Part shown: positions 44,265 to 54,122 of the stretch, in pieces | Layout: every line of letters starts with the position of its first letter | Position numbering within the stretch: the first letter of the stretch is position 1 | From: Nesterenkonia sp. Act20 | GTDB lineage: Bacteria; Actinomycetota; Actinomycetes; Actinomycetales; Micrococcaceae | DNA: 64,000 nucleotides | Reading direction: 5' to 3' | Assembly: GCF_019173455.1 (NCBI RefSeq) | Contig: NZ_JADPQH010000001.1 | Coordinates: forward strand, 1,268,391-1,332,390 | Made by a program: the position numbers and the translations under genes | The notes under the pieces: model-generated | Database searches by the model: none | What the model saw: the letters and a program-made list of their open reading frames with translations, nothing else | What the model was told of the DNA's origin: nothing

Positions 44265-45920
44265 CTACGCTATCCACACAGTCGCGTCAGGGTTCAAAAG
44301 ACCATCGGTCAACGCATCAGGGACCGACATCAAGATCACTTCACCCGCTGGCAGCGCAGCAGGCGCAGTGGAGAGGTTTGCCACCACTGTCACCTCACCC
44401 ACGCGGAACTCGAGAACGTCCTCGAGGGAATCGCTTTCCCCCCTCCCCGTCCCCCACGTCAGGTCAGATCCAGCGAGGGCGTAGTCACGCCGCATAGCAA
44501 GCGTTGTTCGGTAGAAGGAGAGAGTCGAATCCGACTCCTTCTCCTGAAGATCAACGGCGAGTGCCCCGAAGCTCTCGGGCTGCGGCAGCCAAGTGCGCGG
44601 CGATGAAGAAAACCCGAAAGCCACGTCATCGGCGCGCCAAGGAAGGGGCACACGACAACCATCGCGACCCCGGATGGCATGGCCAGATCGCTCCCACACC
44701 GGATCCTGACGGACCTCATCGGGAAGCATCGTGGCCTCCGGGAGGCCGAGTTCTTCCCCTTGGTAGAGGTAAGCGGAACCCGGCAGGGCTAGCATTATGG
44801 CGGTCGCGGCGCGTGCACGGCGCAGGCCGAGGGCATCGTCAGGTTGAGGATCCTCTGGACCCACACCTGCTTCGAGGTTCACCGGGCCCTGGTATCCGAA
44901 GCGGCTCGCATGTCGCATCACATCGTGGTTGGAGAGCACCCAGGTAGTCGGGGCGCCCACCGCTTCATTCGCAGCAAGGGATGTGGCGATGGTCTCACGG
45001 ATCTCAGCGCAGTCCCATGGCAGAGACAGGTAGGCGAAGTTGAAGGCCTGGTGCATCTCCCCCTCACGGACTATGCGCGCAGTCCGCTCCGGGGGGAGCC
45101 ATGCCTCTGCACATAGGATTCTGGTGCCGGAATAGCTGTCGAGAATCTCTCGCCAATGGCGGAAGATGTCGTGGATGCCCTCCTGGTCCCACATCGGTGG
45201 CATGAGGCCATCTATGGGCTCGACCACACCGTGAGCCGCGTGCGGCCAGCTGGGGAGGCCCGGAGCCTTCACCATGGCGTCGCATACATCGACTCTGAAC
45301 CCGTCGACGTCGCGGTCCAGCCAGAATCTCAGCGTCGTGTCGAACTCGGACCGCACCCGGGGGTTGTCCCAGTTCCAATCGGGCTGACCAGAGTCGAAGA
45401 GATGCAGATACCACTGACCCGGGGTCCCATCGGCTTCGGTGACCCGTGTCCACGCGGGGCCGCCGAACATGCTCTCCCAATCATTCGGTGGAAGCGACCC
45501 CTCGGGCCCCGTCCCCTCTTTGAAATGGAAGAGGGACCGCTCAGGGCTCCCCGGCGCCGCGGCGAGTGCCTCTTTGAACAGCACGTGCTCCCAGGAGCAG
45601 TGGTTGGGCACAAGGTCAACGATTACTCTCAGTCCCAGCTCATGAGCCCGGTCGACCATCTCATCGAAGTCAGCGAGGGTTCCGTACCTTTCGTCGACGT
45701 CGCGGTAGTCGGCCACGTCGTAGCCCCCGTCACGTTGCGGGGACGGATAGAAGGGGGACAACCACACGGCGTCCGCCCCCAGATCCGCGACATGGCTGAG
45801 TCGCTGGGAGATTCCTCTCAGATCGCCGGTTCCGTCGCCGTCGCTGTCGGCGAACGAGCGGGGGTAGACCTGGTAGATGACGGCCGTGCGCCACCATTCG
45901 GAGTCGTTGATGTCGATCAT
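44265..45920 (-). CDS. GH13 alpha-glucosidase / oligo-1,6-glucosidase-like
   Basis: 551 aa; GH13 regions (DLVPNHCS, GFRVDVCD, catalytic EAW..). Confidence 0.8.
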   Translation of the reverse strand: MIDINDSEWWRTAVIYQVYPRSFADSDGDGTGDLRGISQRLSHVADLGADAVWLSPFYPSPQRDGGYDVADYRDVDERYGTLADFDEMVDRAHELGLRVIVDLVPNHCSWEHVLFKEALAAAPGSPERSLFHFKEGTGPEGSLPPNDWESMFGGPAWTRVTEADGTPGQWYLHLFDSGQPDWNWDNPRVRSEFDTTLRFWLDRDVDGFRVDVCDAMVKAPGLPSWPHAAHGVVEPIDGLMPPMWDQEGIHDIFRHWREILDSYSGTRILCAEAWLPPERTARIVREGEMHQAFNFAYLSLPWDCAEIRETIATSLAANEAVGAPTTWVLSNHDVMRHASRFGYQGPVNLEAGVGPEDPQPDDALGLRRARAATAIMLALPGSAYLYQGEELGLPEATMLPDEVRQDPVWERSGHAIRGRDGCRVPLPWRADDVAFGFSSSPRTWLPQPESFGALAVDLQEKESDSTLSFYRTTLAMRRDYALAGSDLTWGTGRGESDSLEDVLEFRVGEVTVVANLSTAPAALPAGEVILMSVPDALTDGLLNPDATVWIA

Positions 45921-46777
45921 GCAGTGAGGGTTCCCTTTCGGTACAAGTCAGGTCGTCGGTCGGCAAGCAGACCGTTGTGCGGGGAGATTGATTTGTCCTC
46001 GGCGAGATGAAGCGAGAGTGACGCACGGGCGACCGGGCGGGCCCCCGAAGCGTCTGGAACATCGGCCACAACCCAACCGTATTGACTCACGATCACGGTG
46101 GCTTCGTTCCACGATTGACCCCGCTCAATCCCGGCTCGATCACAGCAGGCGATAAAGACGCCGTTGGTCCGCGCCGCCGCTTGAGCTGCGATCACCTCGG
46201 CAGCACGCTCGGCCACGGGATGCTCTCCCGAGGGCCAATTCGTGGGGACAGCGATGAGATCAGCCCCTGCGAGAGCGAGGAGCCGCGGCATCTCGGGAAA
46301 CTCCATGTCGTAGCAGATCAACAGGCCTATCCTGCCGTGCACCGTGTCAACCACGGGAGGCAGATCATTCCCCGGCTCGAATACCTGGGTCTCGCGATCC
46401 CAGAGATGCGTCTTTCGATAGACCGCGCTCACACCGTCGGCGTCGATCAACGCCGCACTGTTGTAGAGCACCTCACCCCCGTCCTCGCAGAACCCCACGA
46501 CGACAACCAGCGAAGTACCTCCAAGCGCCGCGGAAGTCTCGGCGAAGAAGGGGTGATCCGTGGTCATTGCGACGCTGCGAGCCTCCGCCCGGCTCCTGAA
46601 CACATAGCCCGACGTGGACAGTTCGGGCAGCACGAGAACATCCGTTCCGTCGGAACAGGCTTCCGCGACTGCCTCGCCGATCAGGGTGAGATTTCCTTCG
46701 AGGTCACCCACCATGGGTGTGAGCTGGTGACACGCGACATTCGTCAGCTTCCGCTCAAGAGCAGCACCCGGACTCAT
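45917..46777 (-). CDS. Carbon-nitrogen hydrolase family (nitrilase/amidase superfamily)
   Basis: 286 aa; E-K-C triad context (LPELSTSGY, RKTHLW, LLICYDMEFPE); ATGA overlap with glucosidase start. Confidence 0.75.
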   Translation of the reverse strand: MSPGAALERKLTNVACHQLTPMVGDLEGNLTLIGEAVAEACSDGTDVLVLPELSTSGYVFRSRAEARSVAMTTDHPFFAETSAALGGTSLVVVVGFCEDGGEVLYNSAALIDADGVSAVYRKTHLWDRETQVFEPGNDLPPVVDTVHGRIGLLICYDMEFPEMPRLLALAGADLIAVPTNWPSGEHPVAERAAEVIAAQAAARTNGVFIACCDRAGIERGQSWNEATVIVSQYGWVVADVPDASGARPVARASLSLHLAEDKSISPHNGLLADRRPDLYRKGTLTA

Positions 46778-47580
46778 TTGACGGCCCCTTCGGTGATCCC
46801 AGAGATGAGGCGACGCTGCAGCACCACATAGGCGCTGACGATCGGCAGCGCCACGAGGACTGCCGCGGCAGCTGTGATGTTCGGGTCGGAAGCACGAGCG
46901 GCGCCAGAGAAGAAGGACAAAGCTAGCGGCGCCGTCTGGACGGCTTCGTTCTGGGGAACAAGGATCAAGGCGAGGAGGAATTCATTCCAGGTGAAGAGGA
47001 ACAAGATGGTCACCAAAGTAGCGATTGCCGGTCCCGCGATGGGCATCAGCACACTCCTGAAGATGATGAACCTCGACGCCCCGTCCATCCGCGCCGCTTC
47101 CAAGAGTTCCTTGGGCACGGACGCGAAGAACGCACGCATCCAGAACACTCCTAACGGTACGGAGAGGCCGATCTGGGGCAATATGAGAGCGAGATATGTG
47201 TCGATGAGATTCCAGTCTGCCAACATCTGATAGAGCGGCAAGACGGTGACCTCATACGGAAGCACCAACCCCAGCAGCATCGCGCCCAGCATGATCTTGA
47301 CCCCGGGGACCCTCATGTGGGCCATGGCATAGCCAGCCAAACAGGCCACGGCGACGGTCACAGCGACGACGGCGGTGGTCACCAAGGCGCTTGAGGCCAG
47401 TGCCGATCCGAAGCCGCCTCTCGTCCACGCCTCGGCGTAGTTCGCGAACGTGAGAGACCCAGAGGAGTCCGATCCACGGAGCGAGGAAATCACAATTGAG
47501 AGGAACGGGAAGACGGCGATGGCCGTTGCGATGAGGAGGAGAGTATGGGTGATGACAACTTCGCTGCGTGCAACCTTCAT
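46774..47580 (-). CDS. ABC transporter permease (carbohydrate, MalG-like)
   Basis: 268 aa, 6 TM, EAA loop (EAARMDGASRFIIFRSVLMP). Confidence 0.8.
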   Translation of the reverse strand: MKVARSEVVITHTLLLIATAIAVFPFLSIVISSLRGSDSSGSLTFANYAEAWTRGGFGSALASSALVTTAVVAVTVAVACLAGYAMAHMRVPGVKIMLGAMLLGLVLPYEVTVLPLYQMLADWNLIDTYLALILPQIGLSVPLGVFWMRAFFASVPKELLEAARMDGASRFIIFRSVLMPIAGPAIATLVTILFLFTWNEFLLALILVPQNEAVQTAPLALSFFSGAARASDPNITAAAAVLVALPIVSAYVVLQRRLISGITEGAVK

Positions 47581-48566
47581 GAGTTTCTCTCCTCCTTGCC
47601 GGGGGCCTGCGCCGGCTCCGGCGTCGAGCGTGGAGCTCGGTCGGGCGACTCTCGCAGCGCAAGCTGAACGATGCCGACGATCACCAAGGTGAGCACGGTA
47701 AGCACAACCGCCAGCGCCGAAGCCTCCCCGAGCAATCTGTTCTGGAACGCGTCCTGGTAGATGTAGACGCTGGGGACGGCCGTAGAGGTGCCGGGGCCGC
47801 CCTGAGTGGTGTTCCAGATCAGATCGAAGTTCCTCAGCGCGAACGTGATGGTGAGAATCAGTGCGATAGATATCTGCGGGCGCAGGGATGGCAGAGTGAT
47901 GCTGACGAACTCTCGGATGGGACCCGCGCCGTCAAGCCGCGCAGCCTCGTACAGCGAACGGTCGATCGAGGCGATGCCGGAGAGGAAGAGCAGCATGCAC
48001 AACCCGTACTCCACCCAGGTTCCTATCCCGCCGATGGCTGGCAGCGCAGTGCCGAAATCTCCGAGCCAGGCACGCGTGATCGACCCAAGACCGACAGCGC
48101 GCAGAGTCTCGTTGAGCGGTCCATCGATCGCGAGAATATCTCGCCACGAGACAGCAACGACCACGCTCGAAAGGATCTGCGGGAGGAACAACAGCGCCCT
48201 GAACCAGGTCAACCCGTAGATCCTGATCCGAGACATGAGCCCCGCAAGAAAGAGACCAATGACCACAGGAAGGGCCGCATAGAAGAACAGCAGCACCAAG
48301 GAGTGGCTGAGCGCCTCTCTCATGGCCGGATTGGTGAAGACCTCCACGTAGTTCGAGAAGCCAACCGGAGTTGCCGCGGTGATGCCGTCCCAGCGGTAGA
48401 AGGAGATTCGCACCGACTGCACGATCGGGACGATCACAAACACGATGAAGAACGCCAGCGCGGGCGCGACATAGAACAACGAGGACCAGGAGTATCTGGA
48501 TGAACCCTGCCTGCGTCGCTTCGAAGAAGCCTCGGGTCTTTTCGCTTCGGCCCTCGACACGGTCAT
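47577..48566 (-). CDS. ABC transporter permease (carbohydrate, MalF-like)
   Basis: 329 aa, EAA loop (EAARLDGAGPIREFVSITLP). Confidence 0.8.
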   Translation of the reverse strand: MTVSRAEAKRPEASSKRRRQGSSRYSWSSLFYVAPALAFFIVFVIVPIVQSVRISFYRWDGITAATPVGFSNYVEVFTNPAMREALSHSLVLLFFYAALPVVIGLFLAGLMSRIRIYGLTWFRALLFLPQILSSVVVAVSWRDILAIDGPLNETLRAVGLGSITRAWLGDFGTALPAIGGIGTWVEYGLCMLLFLSGIASIDRSLYEAARLDGAGPIREFVSITLPSLRPQISIALILTITFALRNFDLIWNTTQGGPGTSTAVPSVYIYQDAFQNRLLGEASALAVVLTVLTLVIVGIVQLALRESPDRAPRSTPEPAQAPGKEERNS

Positions 48567-49918
48567 CCGTGCGCCTCGGCCCAGACCTCTTGGACCTGCT
48601 CGGTGAATTCCTCCGGGCTCACCCGTCCGGCCATCACTTCCTGCAACGTTCCACCCATCTGATTCAGCATGTCGGTGGTCGCCCAGTCGTAATATCCGAC
48701 CTGGGTTCCCGCTTCGATCGTCTCCTCGAGAGCCGTCAGCGTCTGTTCCTCCAACGGGTCGTCAGCTGTGACTCCGTCGGTCACAACAGGCAGTCGACCG
48801 GTGTCGAGAATCTGCTGGCCCACCTCCGGAGAGTGCAAGGTCTCCAGAAAAGCGATCGCGGGGAGTTCCGCGTCGGTGCTGCTGCTGATGTGCCATGGCG
48901 ATGCCGTGGCACCGACGCCACCCGAGGTGAGTGACCCGAAACCGAACTCTTCGGAGTTCAGCGGGGCACCGTTCCATGATCCACCGACGAAGTAGACCCC
49001 CTCACCGTCGGCGAACCGAGCAATGGCGTCTTGGTTGCTGATGCCGTCATAGCCGGGTCCGAAGTATCCCGCATCCGCCCAAGCTGCCATCGTCTGAGCC
49101 GCCTCAGCATTTCCTTCCGTCTCGAACGTTGCGTCTGGATCGCCGCCGATCCACGCTGCAATATCCGCTGGATCCTGAGTGGTCGCAGCGATGTCGGAGA
49201 AGATATGCGTTGCGGCGTACTGGTCGGAATTGCCGAGCATGATCGCCTGCTCTCCAGCCTCGTCTGCCGCTGCGGCGCCAGCTTCCAGATCCTCGACGGA
49301 ATCCGGAGCCGTGAGGTTCAGTTCCTCGAGCTTTTCCTTGTTGTAGTAGATGCCCTGCACTTCGCTGATGGGTGACATGCCGTAGAGGGTTCCACTGCCG
49401 AAAGCTGATCCCTCGTCGTTCCATCGTGCCGGATCGAGGGTGCTTGCTCCGGTGCCTTCTTCCCAGCCGTAGACGTCGGCCACATCGTCAAGTGGGCGGA
49501 CGAGGTCTCCCTTCACAAGTGCTCCGTCGACTGCGTGTCCGATGTTGCCCTGGAACAGGTCAGGCGGGGAGCTGCTCGCTGCAGCATTCACTACGGTGGC
49601 GATGAGATCATCGAAGCTCTTGTACGTCACGTCAACGGTCACGTTCGGGTATTCGTCCTCGAATGCTGGGACGACCTCTTCCATCAGCCCTTCTTCGGCC
49701 TGGTCGGCCCAGACTGACAGCGTGACATCCCCAAGATCCGCGATCTGTTCAGGCGTCACTTCCTCGGTGATGGACTGGCGATCTTCATCTGATGATTCTG
49801 CGGCAGCACCGCTGCCAGGGGCCCCACATCCGGAGAGTGCGAGCAGCGCTACCACCGACGTGGTGAGCGGCATAGACATGAATCGTGCACGGTGACCTGC
49901 TCGAACGCTGTGTCTCAT
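48563..49918 (-). CDS. ABC transporter solute-binding lipoprotein (family 1, sugar)
   Basis: 451 aa; lipobox LSGC; SBP_bac_1 fold. Confidence 0.75.
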   Translation of the reverse strand: MRHSVRAGHRARFMSMPLTTSVVALLALSGCGAPGSGAAAESSDEDRQSITEEVTPEQIADLGDVTLSVWADQAEEGLMEEVVPAFEDEYPNVTVDVTYKSFDDLIATVVNAAASSSPPDLFQGNIGHAVDGALVKGDLVRPLDDVADVYGWEEGTGASTLDPARWNDEGSAFGSGTLYGMSPISEVQGIYYNKEKLEELNLTAPDSVEDLEAGAAAADEAGEQAIMLGNSDQYAATHIFSDIAATTQDPADIAAWIGGDPDATFETEGNAEAAQTMAAWADAGYFGPGYDGISNQDAIARFADGEGVYFVGGSWNGAPLNSEEFGFGSLTSGGVGATASPWHISSSTDAELPAIAFLETLHSPEVGQQILDTGRLPVVTDGVTADDPLEEQTLTALEETIEAGTQVGYYDWATTDMLNQMGGTLQEVMAGRVSPEEFTEQVQEVWAEAHG

Positions 49919-51261
49919 GACTGTTCTCCTGTGGTGTTTCCGACGGTTTCAAATGAGGCGAGACGCATGGTCGCGGTTGCCTCGTGCGCAGACATGCCCT
50001 CGCTGTTGGAGATCACTGCGACGGCCTCGGCCAAGGCTGGCGTCGCCTCCCTAGTGATGCGCTGGTAGGTGAGCGGCTTGAGGAACCTCGAAACGGAGAG
50101 TCCAGCGCTGTGCTTCGCGCCACCAGCAGTAGGGAGCGTGTGGTTCGTGCCCGCCATGCCCTTGTCAGAATAGGCAACGGTACTCCAATGGCCCATGAAG
50201 AGTGAGCCATAGTTGGTGAGGTGGTCGTGGTACCATGCGTCATCTGCGGTCTGGACCTCCAAATGTTCCGGCGCCAGCTCGTCCATGACTAGAACTGCGT
50301 CTTCCGGCGACTCGACGACGACTACCGAACCGAAATCTCTCCAGGCAGGTCCGCAGATGTCACGCGTGGATAGCTCCAGGATCTGACGTTCGACCGCCGC
50401 GATGACCTGCTGCCCCAACGACCTGGATGTCGTCACGAGTGCCGCAGGAGAGTTGGGGCCATGCTCTGCCTGTCCAAGCAGGTCAGCGGCGACTATCTCT
50501 GCGTCGGCGGTCTCATCAGCAATCACCGCGACCTCGGAGGGCCCAGCCAAGAGATCGATGGCGACCGCGCCGAAGAGCTGCCTCTTGGCTTCAGCGACGT
50601 AGGCATTGCCCGCACCGACGATCATGTCAACCGGCGCCTCTCCCAGGAGTCCGAATGCCATCCCCGCGAGGGCCTGCACGCCACCCAGCAGGTAGAGATG
50701 ATCCACCCCGGAGAGGTGTGCGGCATAGCTCACCGCATCGTTGGCCCGTCCGTCCGGCTGCGGCGGAGTGCAACCCAGGACGGAAGGCACTTGGGCGGCC
50801 TTGGCGACTCCAATGCTCATCAGCGCACTCGCAGTGAGCGGAAAGCGTCCGGCAGGAAGGTAGGCCCCGACGCTATTGATCGGAATGTAGCGCTGTCCCA
50901 CAGTAAGTCCTGGGACCATCTCCGCTTCGAAGTCGAAGAGGTGTTCGCGCTGAAGGGCCGCGAACTGTCGGGTTCGTTCGGAGCCAAGCTCGATCGCGGC
51001 CCGCAGCTCCGGGTTCAGTCGATCGCCGCTCGAGGCAATCGAGGCGGCATCCAGTTCGAACGTCGATAGCTCAGAGCCATCGAGATCCTTCGCGTATTTG
51101 CGAATCGCCTGCATGCCGTGACGTTCGATATCGAGCAGCATCTCGCTGACTCTGGCGGCGACCGCAGGGTCGCGTTGGGCGGGGGGCGCGTCGACTTTCG
51201 GCGCTTTGAGCTCATCAAAGCGCTCACCATGTACGGACCTGAACTGTGGGCTAATTCTCAT
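49915..51261 (-). CDS. Histidinol-dehydrogenase-family NAD-dependent dehydrogenase (HisD paralog, non-histidine context)
   Basis: HisD fold with Zn-ligand regions (GQAEHGPNS, HLEV..); probable start MRISPQF (track ORF starts at 51297); first gene of the sugar ABC operon. Confidence 0.65.
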   Translation of the reverse strand: MRISPQFRSVHGERFDELKAPKVDAPPAQRDPAVAARVSEMLLDIERHGMQAIRKYAKDLDGSELSTFELDAASIASSGDRLNPELRAAIELGSERTRQFAALQREHLFDFEAEMVPGLTVGQRYIPINSVGAYLPAGRFPLTASALMSIGVAKAAQVPSVLGCTPPQPDGRANDAVSYAAHLSGVDHLYLLGGVQALAGMAFGLLGEAPVDMIVGAGNAYVAEAKRQLFGAVAIDLLAGPSEVAVIADETADAEIVAADLLGQAEHGPNSPAALVTTSRSLGQQVIAAVERQILELSTRDICGPAWRDFGSVVVVESPEDAVLVMDELAPEHLEVQTADDAWYHDHLTNYGSLFMGHWSTVAYSDKGMAGTNHTLPTAGGAKHSAGLSVSRFLKPLTYQRITREATPALAEAVAVISNSEGMSAHEATATMRLASFETVGNTTGEQS

Positions 51262-51333
51262 GAACCCGACTATTCCGGGTTGGAAGATGAAGGACAACTG
51301 CAGGTTTTCAACGGATTCCTATAGCCTGAAGCT

Positions 51334-52233
51334 ATGTCTTTGAACCAGATGCGGGCTTTTCTCATGGTCGTCTCCATGGGGAGCTTCTCCGGGGCAGCAA
51401 CAGAGATGCAGATGGCGCAGCCTTCGGTGTCTGGAATGATCAAGAGAATCGAACAGGCCTACGGCGTGCGGCTTTTCACCAGGGGGCCGCGACGCCTCGT
51501 CTTGACCAACGCAGGCCAGGAGCTTCTCCCGTATGCGAAAGCGGCCGTGGAAGCGGCGGACAACGCCGACGTCGCGCTTCGATCCCTCACGTCTCTCGCT
51601 GGCGGGGTCGCCACCTTCGGACTGCTGCGCAACGCAAACTACTACTTCCTCTCACGCCTGCTCGAAACATTCACGACGCGGTTTCCGGATGTGCGCCTGA
51701 GGGTCTTCGGCCTCAACTCAGCCGAAGTTGCAGAAGCAGTAGCGGCTGGCGATCTGGAAGCAGGCCTCGTCGTGCTGCCGATCGACTCAGAGGGCTTGCA
51801 GGTGACGCCTCTGATGAGAGACGAAGTCTTTTACGCCTCGGCAGACCCCTCGCGCACGGCAAGCCCCGTCACGATCCGAGACCTCTCGCAGGCCGATCTG
51901 ATCCTCTACGACGCGCATTACGGCTGGCGAGATCCTACACGGCGGCAACTCGCAGAGCGCGCCAACCTCGAAGGGGTGACTCTCACGGCTCGAATCGAAG
52001 TGGAACACGTTGAATCTGCGCTGGACATGGTGCAGCACGGACACGGCGACACGATCATCTCAGGGGCAGTCAGAGCAGGGAAAGCCTTCCCCCCATCGAT
52101 CCATACCGCCCCATTTGCTGAACCGATGTATGACACGATCGCCCTTGTTCAGAGACCCGGAGCGGTACTCTCACCCGCCACGCGTGAACTCACCAGACTC
52201 GCTCAACGGATGCTGCTCCAACCGAATTTCTAA
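51334..52233 (+). CDS. LysR-family transcriptional regulator
   Basis: 299 aa; N-terminal LysR HTH (MRAFLMVVSMGSFSGAATEMQMAQPSVS); divergent from the ABC operon. Confidence 0.8.
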   Translation: MSLNQMRAFLMVVSMGSFSGAATEMQMAQPSVSGMIKRIEQAYGVRLFTRGPRRLVLTNAGQELLPYAKAAVEAADNADVALRSLTSLAGGVATFGLLRNANYYFLSRLLETFTTRFPDVRLRVFGLNSAEVAEAVAAGDLEAGLVVLPIDSEGLQVTPLMRDEVFYASADPSRTASPVTIRDLSQADLILYDAHYGWRDPTRRQLAERANLEGVTLTARIEVEHVESALDMVQHGHGDTIISGAVRAGKAFPPSIHTAPFAEPMYDTIALVQRPGAVLSPATRELTRLAQRMLLQPNF

Positions 52234-52334
52234 GCGCTGTCAGTTGTGGCCTCGCGATCCACCGCAGGAAGGTGCCGGAGCGGAGGTCCGTCGCCTGTCG
52301 GGAATCAGCGCAATTCTCAAGAACCGTCTCCCCC

Positions 52335-52404
52335 GAAAACATCGTAGACCTCCGGCGATGTCGTAGAGCTATAGCTCTACGATTCGCTAGAGGTCTACGA
52401 TTTT
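52335..52404. repeat. Palindromic A-tract/T-tract repeat element, copy D
   Basis: gaaaacatcgtagacctccggcgatgtcgtagagctatagctctacgattcgctagaggtctacgatttt; C-rich left/G-rich right flanks; between convergent LysR and sulfatase genes. Confidence 0.85.
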
Positions 52405-52422
52405 CTCCGGGAGGGGGCGGGG

Positions 52423-54033
52423 TTACGGGGTGACGTCTTCGCCGACCCAGGCGTCCTCGTAGAACTGCGAAGACCTGGACTTCAACAGCTCGGTGTACGC
52501 CTCGTCGGGGAGCGACTGCGCTGAATCCTCGGGCACCTCGGTGGTGAACGCTGACACGCCCAGACCGGCCTCGTGGTCCTCCACGTTCAGCCCGGCGATC
52601 TCCAAGAGGGTGGGGAACATGTTCAGCTGGTCCATGTCCGAACGCAGCGGGGCCTCCTCCCCGCCCGGAACCCAGATGCGATTGAAGAGAGCGCGGGTCT
52701 CGTCATCGCCCAGCTCTTCGTGGAAGGCATCGCCGGCGTCCACAGGCTTGAGGTGGTCACCCATGATCACCACGGCTGTGTCCTCGAGGTAGCCCTGCTC
52801 CTCCATATGCTTCACGAGTCCGGCCACCTGATCCATCGAGCATGCATACACCGAGGTGGCTTCCTTCTCTGTGTCCACTGTGCAGTAGTCATGGACGTGC
52901 ACAGGCTCGTGCGTGTCGAGGGTGAGCACTGAGAGGTTGAAGGGCTCGCCCGTCACCTCGGACTCGGCATGCAGGGCATCGAGCTCGTCCTTGGCGTATT
53001 CCATGAGCCGCTGGTCACTCAGGCCCCAGTCGCTGCGGAAGCTGCTGTCGGGCTCTCCCCGGTCGCGCCAGTCACCTCGGCCCAGCACCTTCGAGTAGCC
53101 ATGATCGCCGAGCATGGTGTCCTTCGCCGCAAAGGAGGGGTTGGCACCTCCGAGGAAGACGTTGGTGTAGCCGTTGTCCTTGAGGATGTCACCGAAGCAG
53201 GTCAGCCCACCGAGATAGGTCTCGGTCCCCACGCCGCTCTCGGCATAGGATCCGCTGCTCGCTGCGGAGAGGATGCCGTCGAGCGGAACTCCGCACTGCG
53301 TCGAGACCAGTCCGGCCATGGTCCAGCCGCTGCCGTCGTACTCACGCAGATCATCGATGCTCTGCCACCCATCTTCAGCGCGGGTGACCTCCTTCAGCGA
53401 AGCATAGGCATCCTTCTCGAAGACCTCGTCATCCCCGAGCGCCGCCTCGCCAGATTCGAGATACACCATGACCATATTGCGCTCGTCACCCTCGCTGGTG
53501 ACGTTCGGCTTCACGTAGTGGTCGCCGATCTCATAACTGGAGTCGGCGGCGTCGATGTAGTCCGTGACCTGGACCGTGCTGACGAATGCAGCGGGCCCGC
53601 CGATGATGAGCGTGAGAACCACGACGGCGTACATTCCGCGTCCGAACCATGTGGGGCGAGTGTGGTCCGACGCAGACTGATGGGTCCGGGTCTTGGAGCT
53701 GCGGTGACGCAGTCGACGCATGATGGACGGCCAGAACATGATGGCGATGGTCAGCAGCAGCGGCACGACGCCGATGCCCAGGATGCAGACCCAGACGATG
53801 ACGCCGCCTCCGCCGCCGATCTCCATCGACATGAGGTTCATGAGCACCTGGACCACGGTGACCTTGCCCCAGTGATAGTGGATGATGGCCGCCGCGATGA
53901 GCAGCGCCATTCCCAGCCAGGTCAGCGTGAACAGCAGCACGCCAGCAAGGACCCTGCCGATCCGCCCGGTCGTGGATCGAGCCCGCCGGGAACCGGCAGC
54001 ATCCCGCGATCCAGATGCATGCATGTCCGTCAT
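52423..54033 (-). CDS. Membrane-anchored sulfatase-family protein (LtaS/phosphoglycerol-transferase-like, alkaline-phosphatase superfamily)
   Basis: 536 aa; N-terminal multi-TM segment then extracytoplasmic sulfatase domain. Confidence 0.65.
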   Translation of the reverse strand: MTDMHASGSRDAAGSRRARSTTGRIGRVLAGVLLFTLTWLGMALLIAAAIIHYHWGKVTVVQVLMNLMSMEIGGGGGVIVWVCILGIGVVPLLLTIAIMFWPSIMRRLRHRSSKTRTHQSASDHTRPTWFGRGMYAVVVLTLIIGGPAAFVSTVQVTDYIDAADSSYEIGDHYVKPNVTSEGDERNMVMVYLESGEAALGDDEVFEKDAYASLKEVTRAEDGWQSIDDLREYDGSGWTMAGLVSTQCGVPLDGILSAASSGSYAESGVGTETYLGGLTCFGDILKDNGYTNVFLGGANPSFAAKDTMLGDHGYSKVLGRGDWRDRGEPDSSFRSDWGLSDQRLMEYAKDELDALHAESEVTGEPFNLSVLTLDTHEPVHVHDYCTVDTEKEATSVYACSMDQVAGLVKHMEEQGYLEDTAVVIMGDHLKPVDAGDAFHEELGDDETRALFNRIWVPGGEEAPLRSDMDQLNMFPTLLEIAGLNVEDHEAGLGVSAFTTEVPEDSAQSLPDEAYTELLKSRSSQFYEDAWVGEDVTP

Positions 54034-54122
54034 CCCTGCTCCACCTCAAGTTCACCTGAAAGTCATTCAGCGAACCACGATACTCTTTCTTGCTCGGTGT
54101 GATGCGGAACAGGGTTCGAGGG

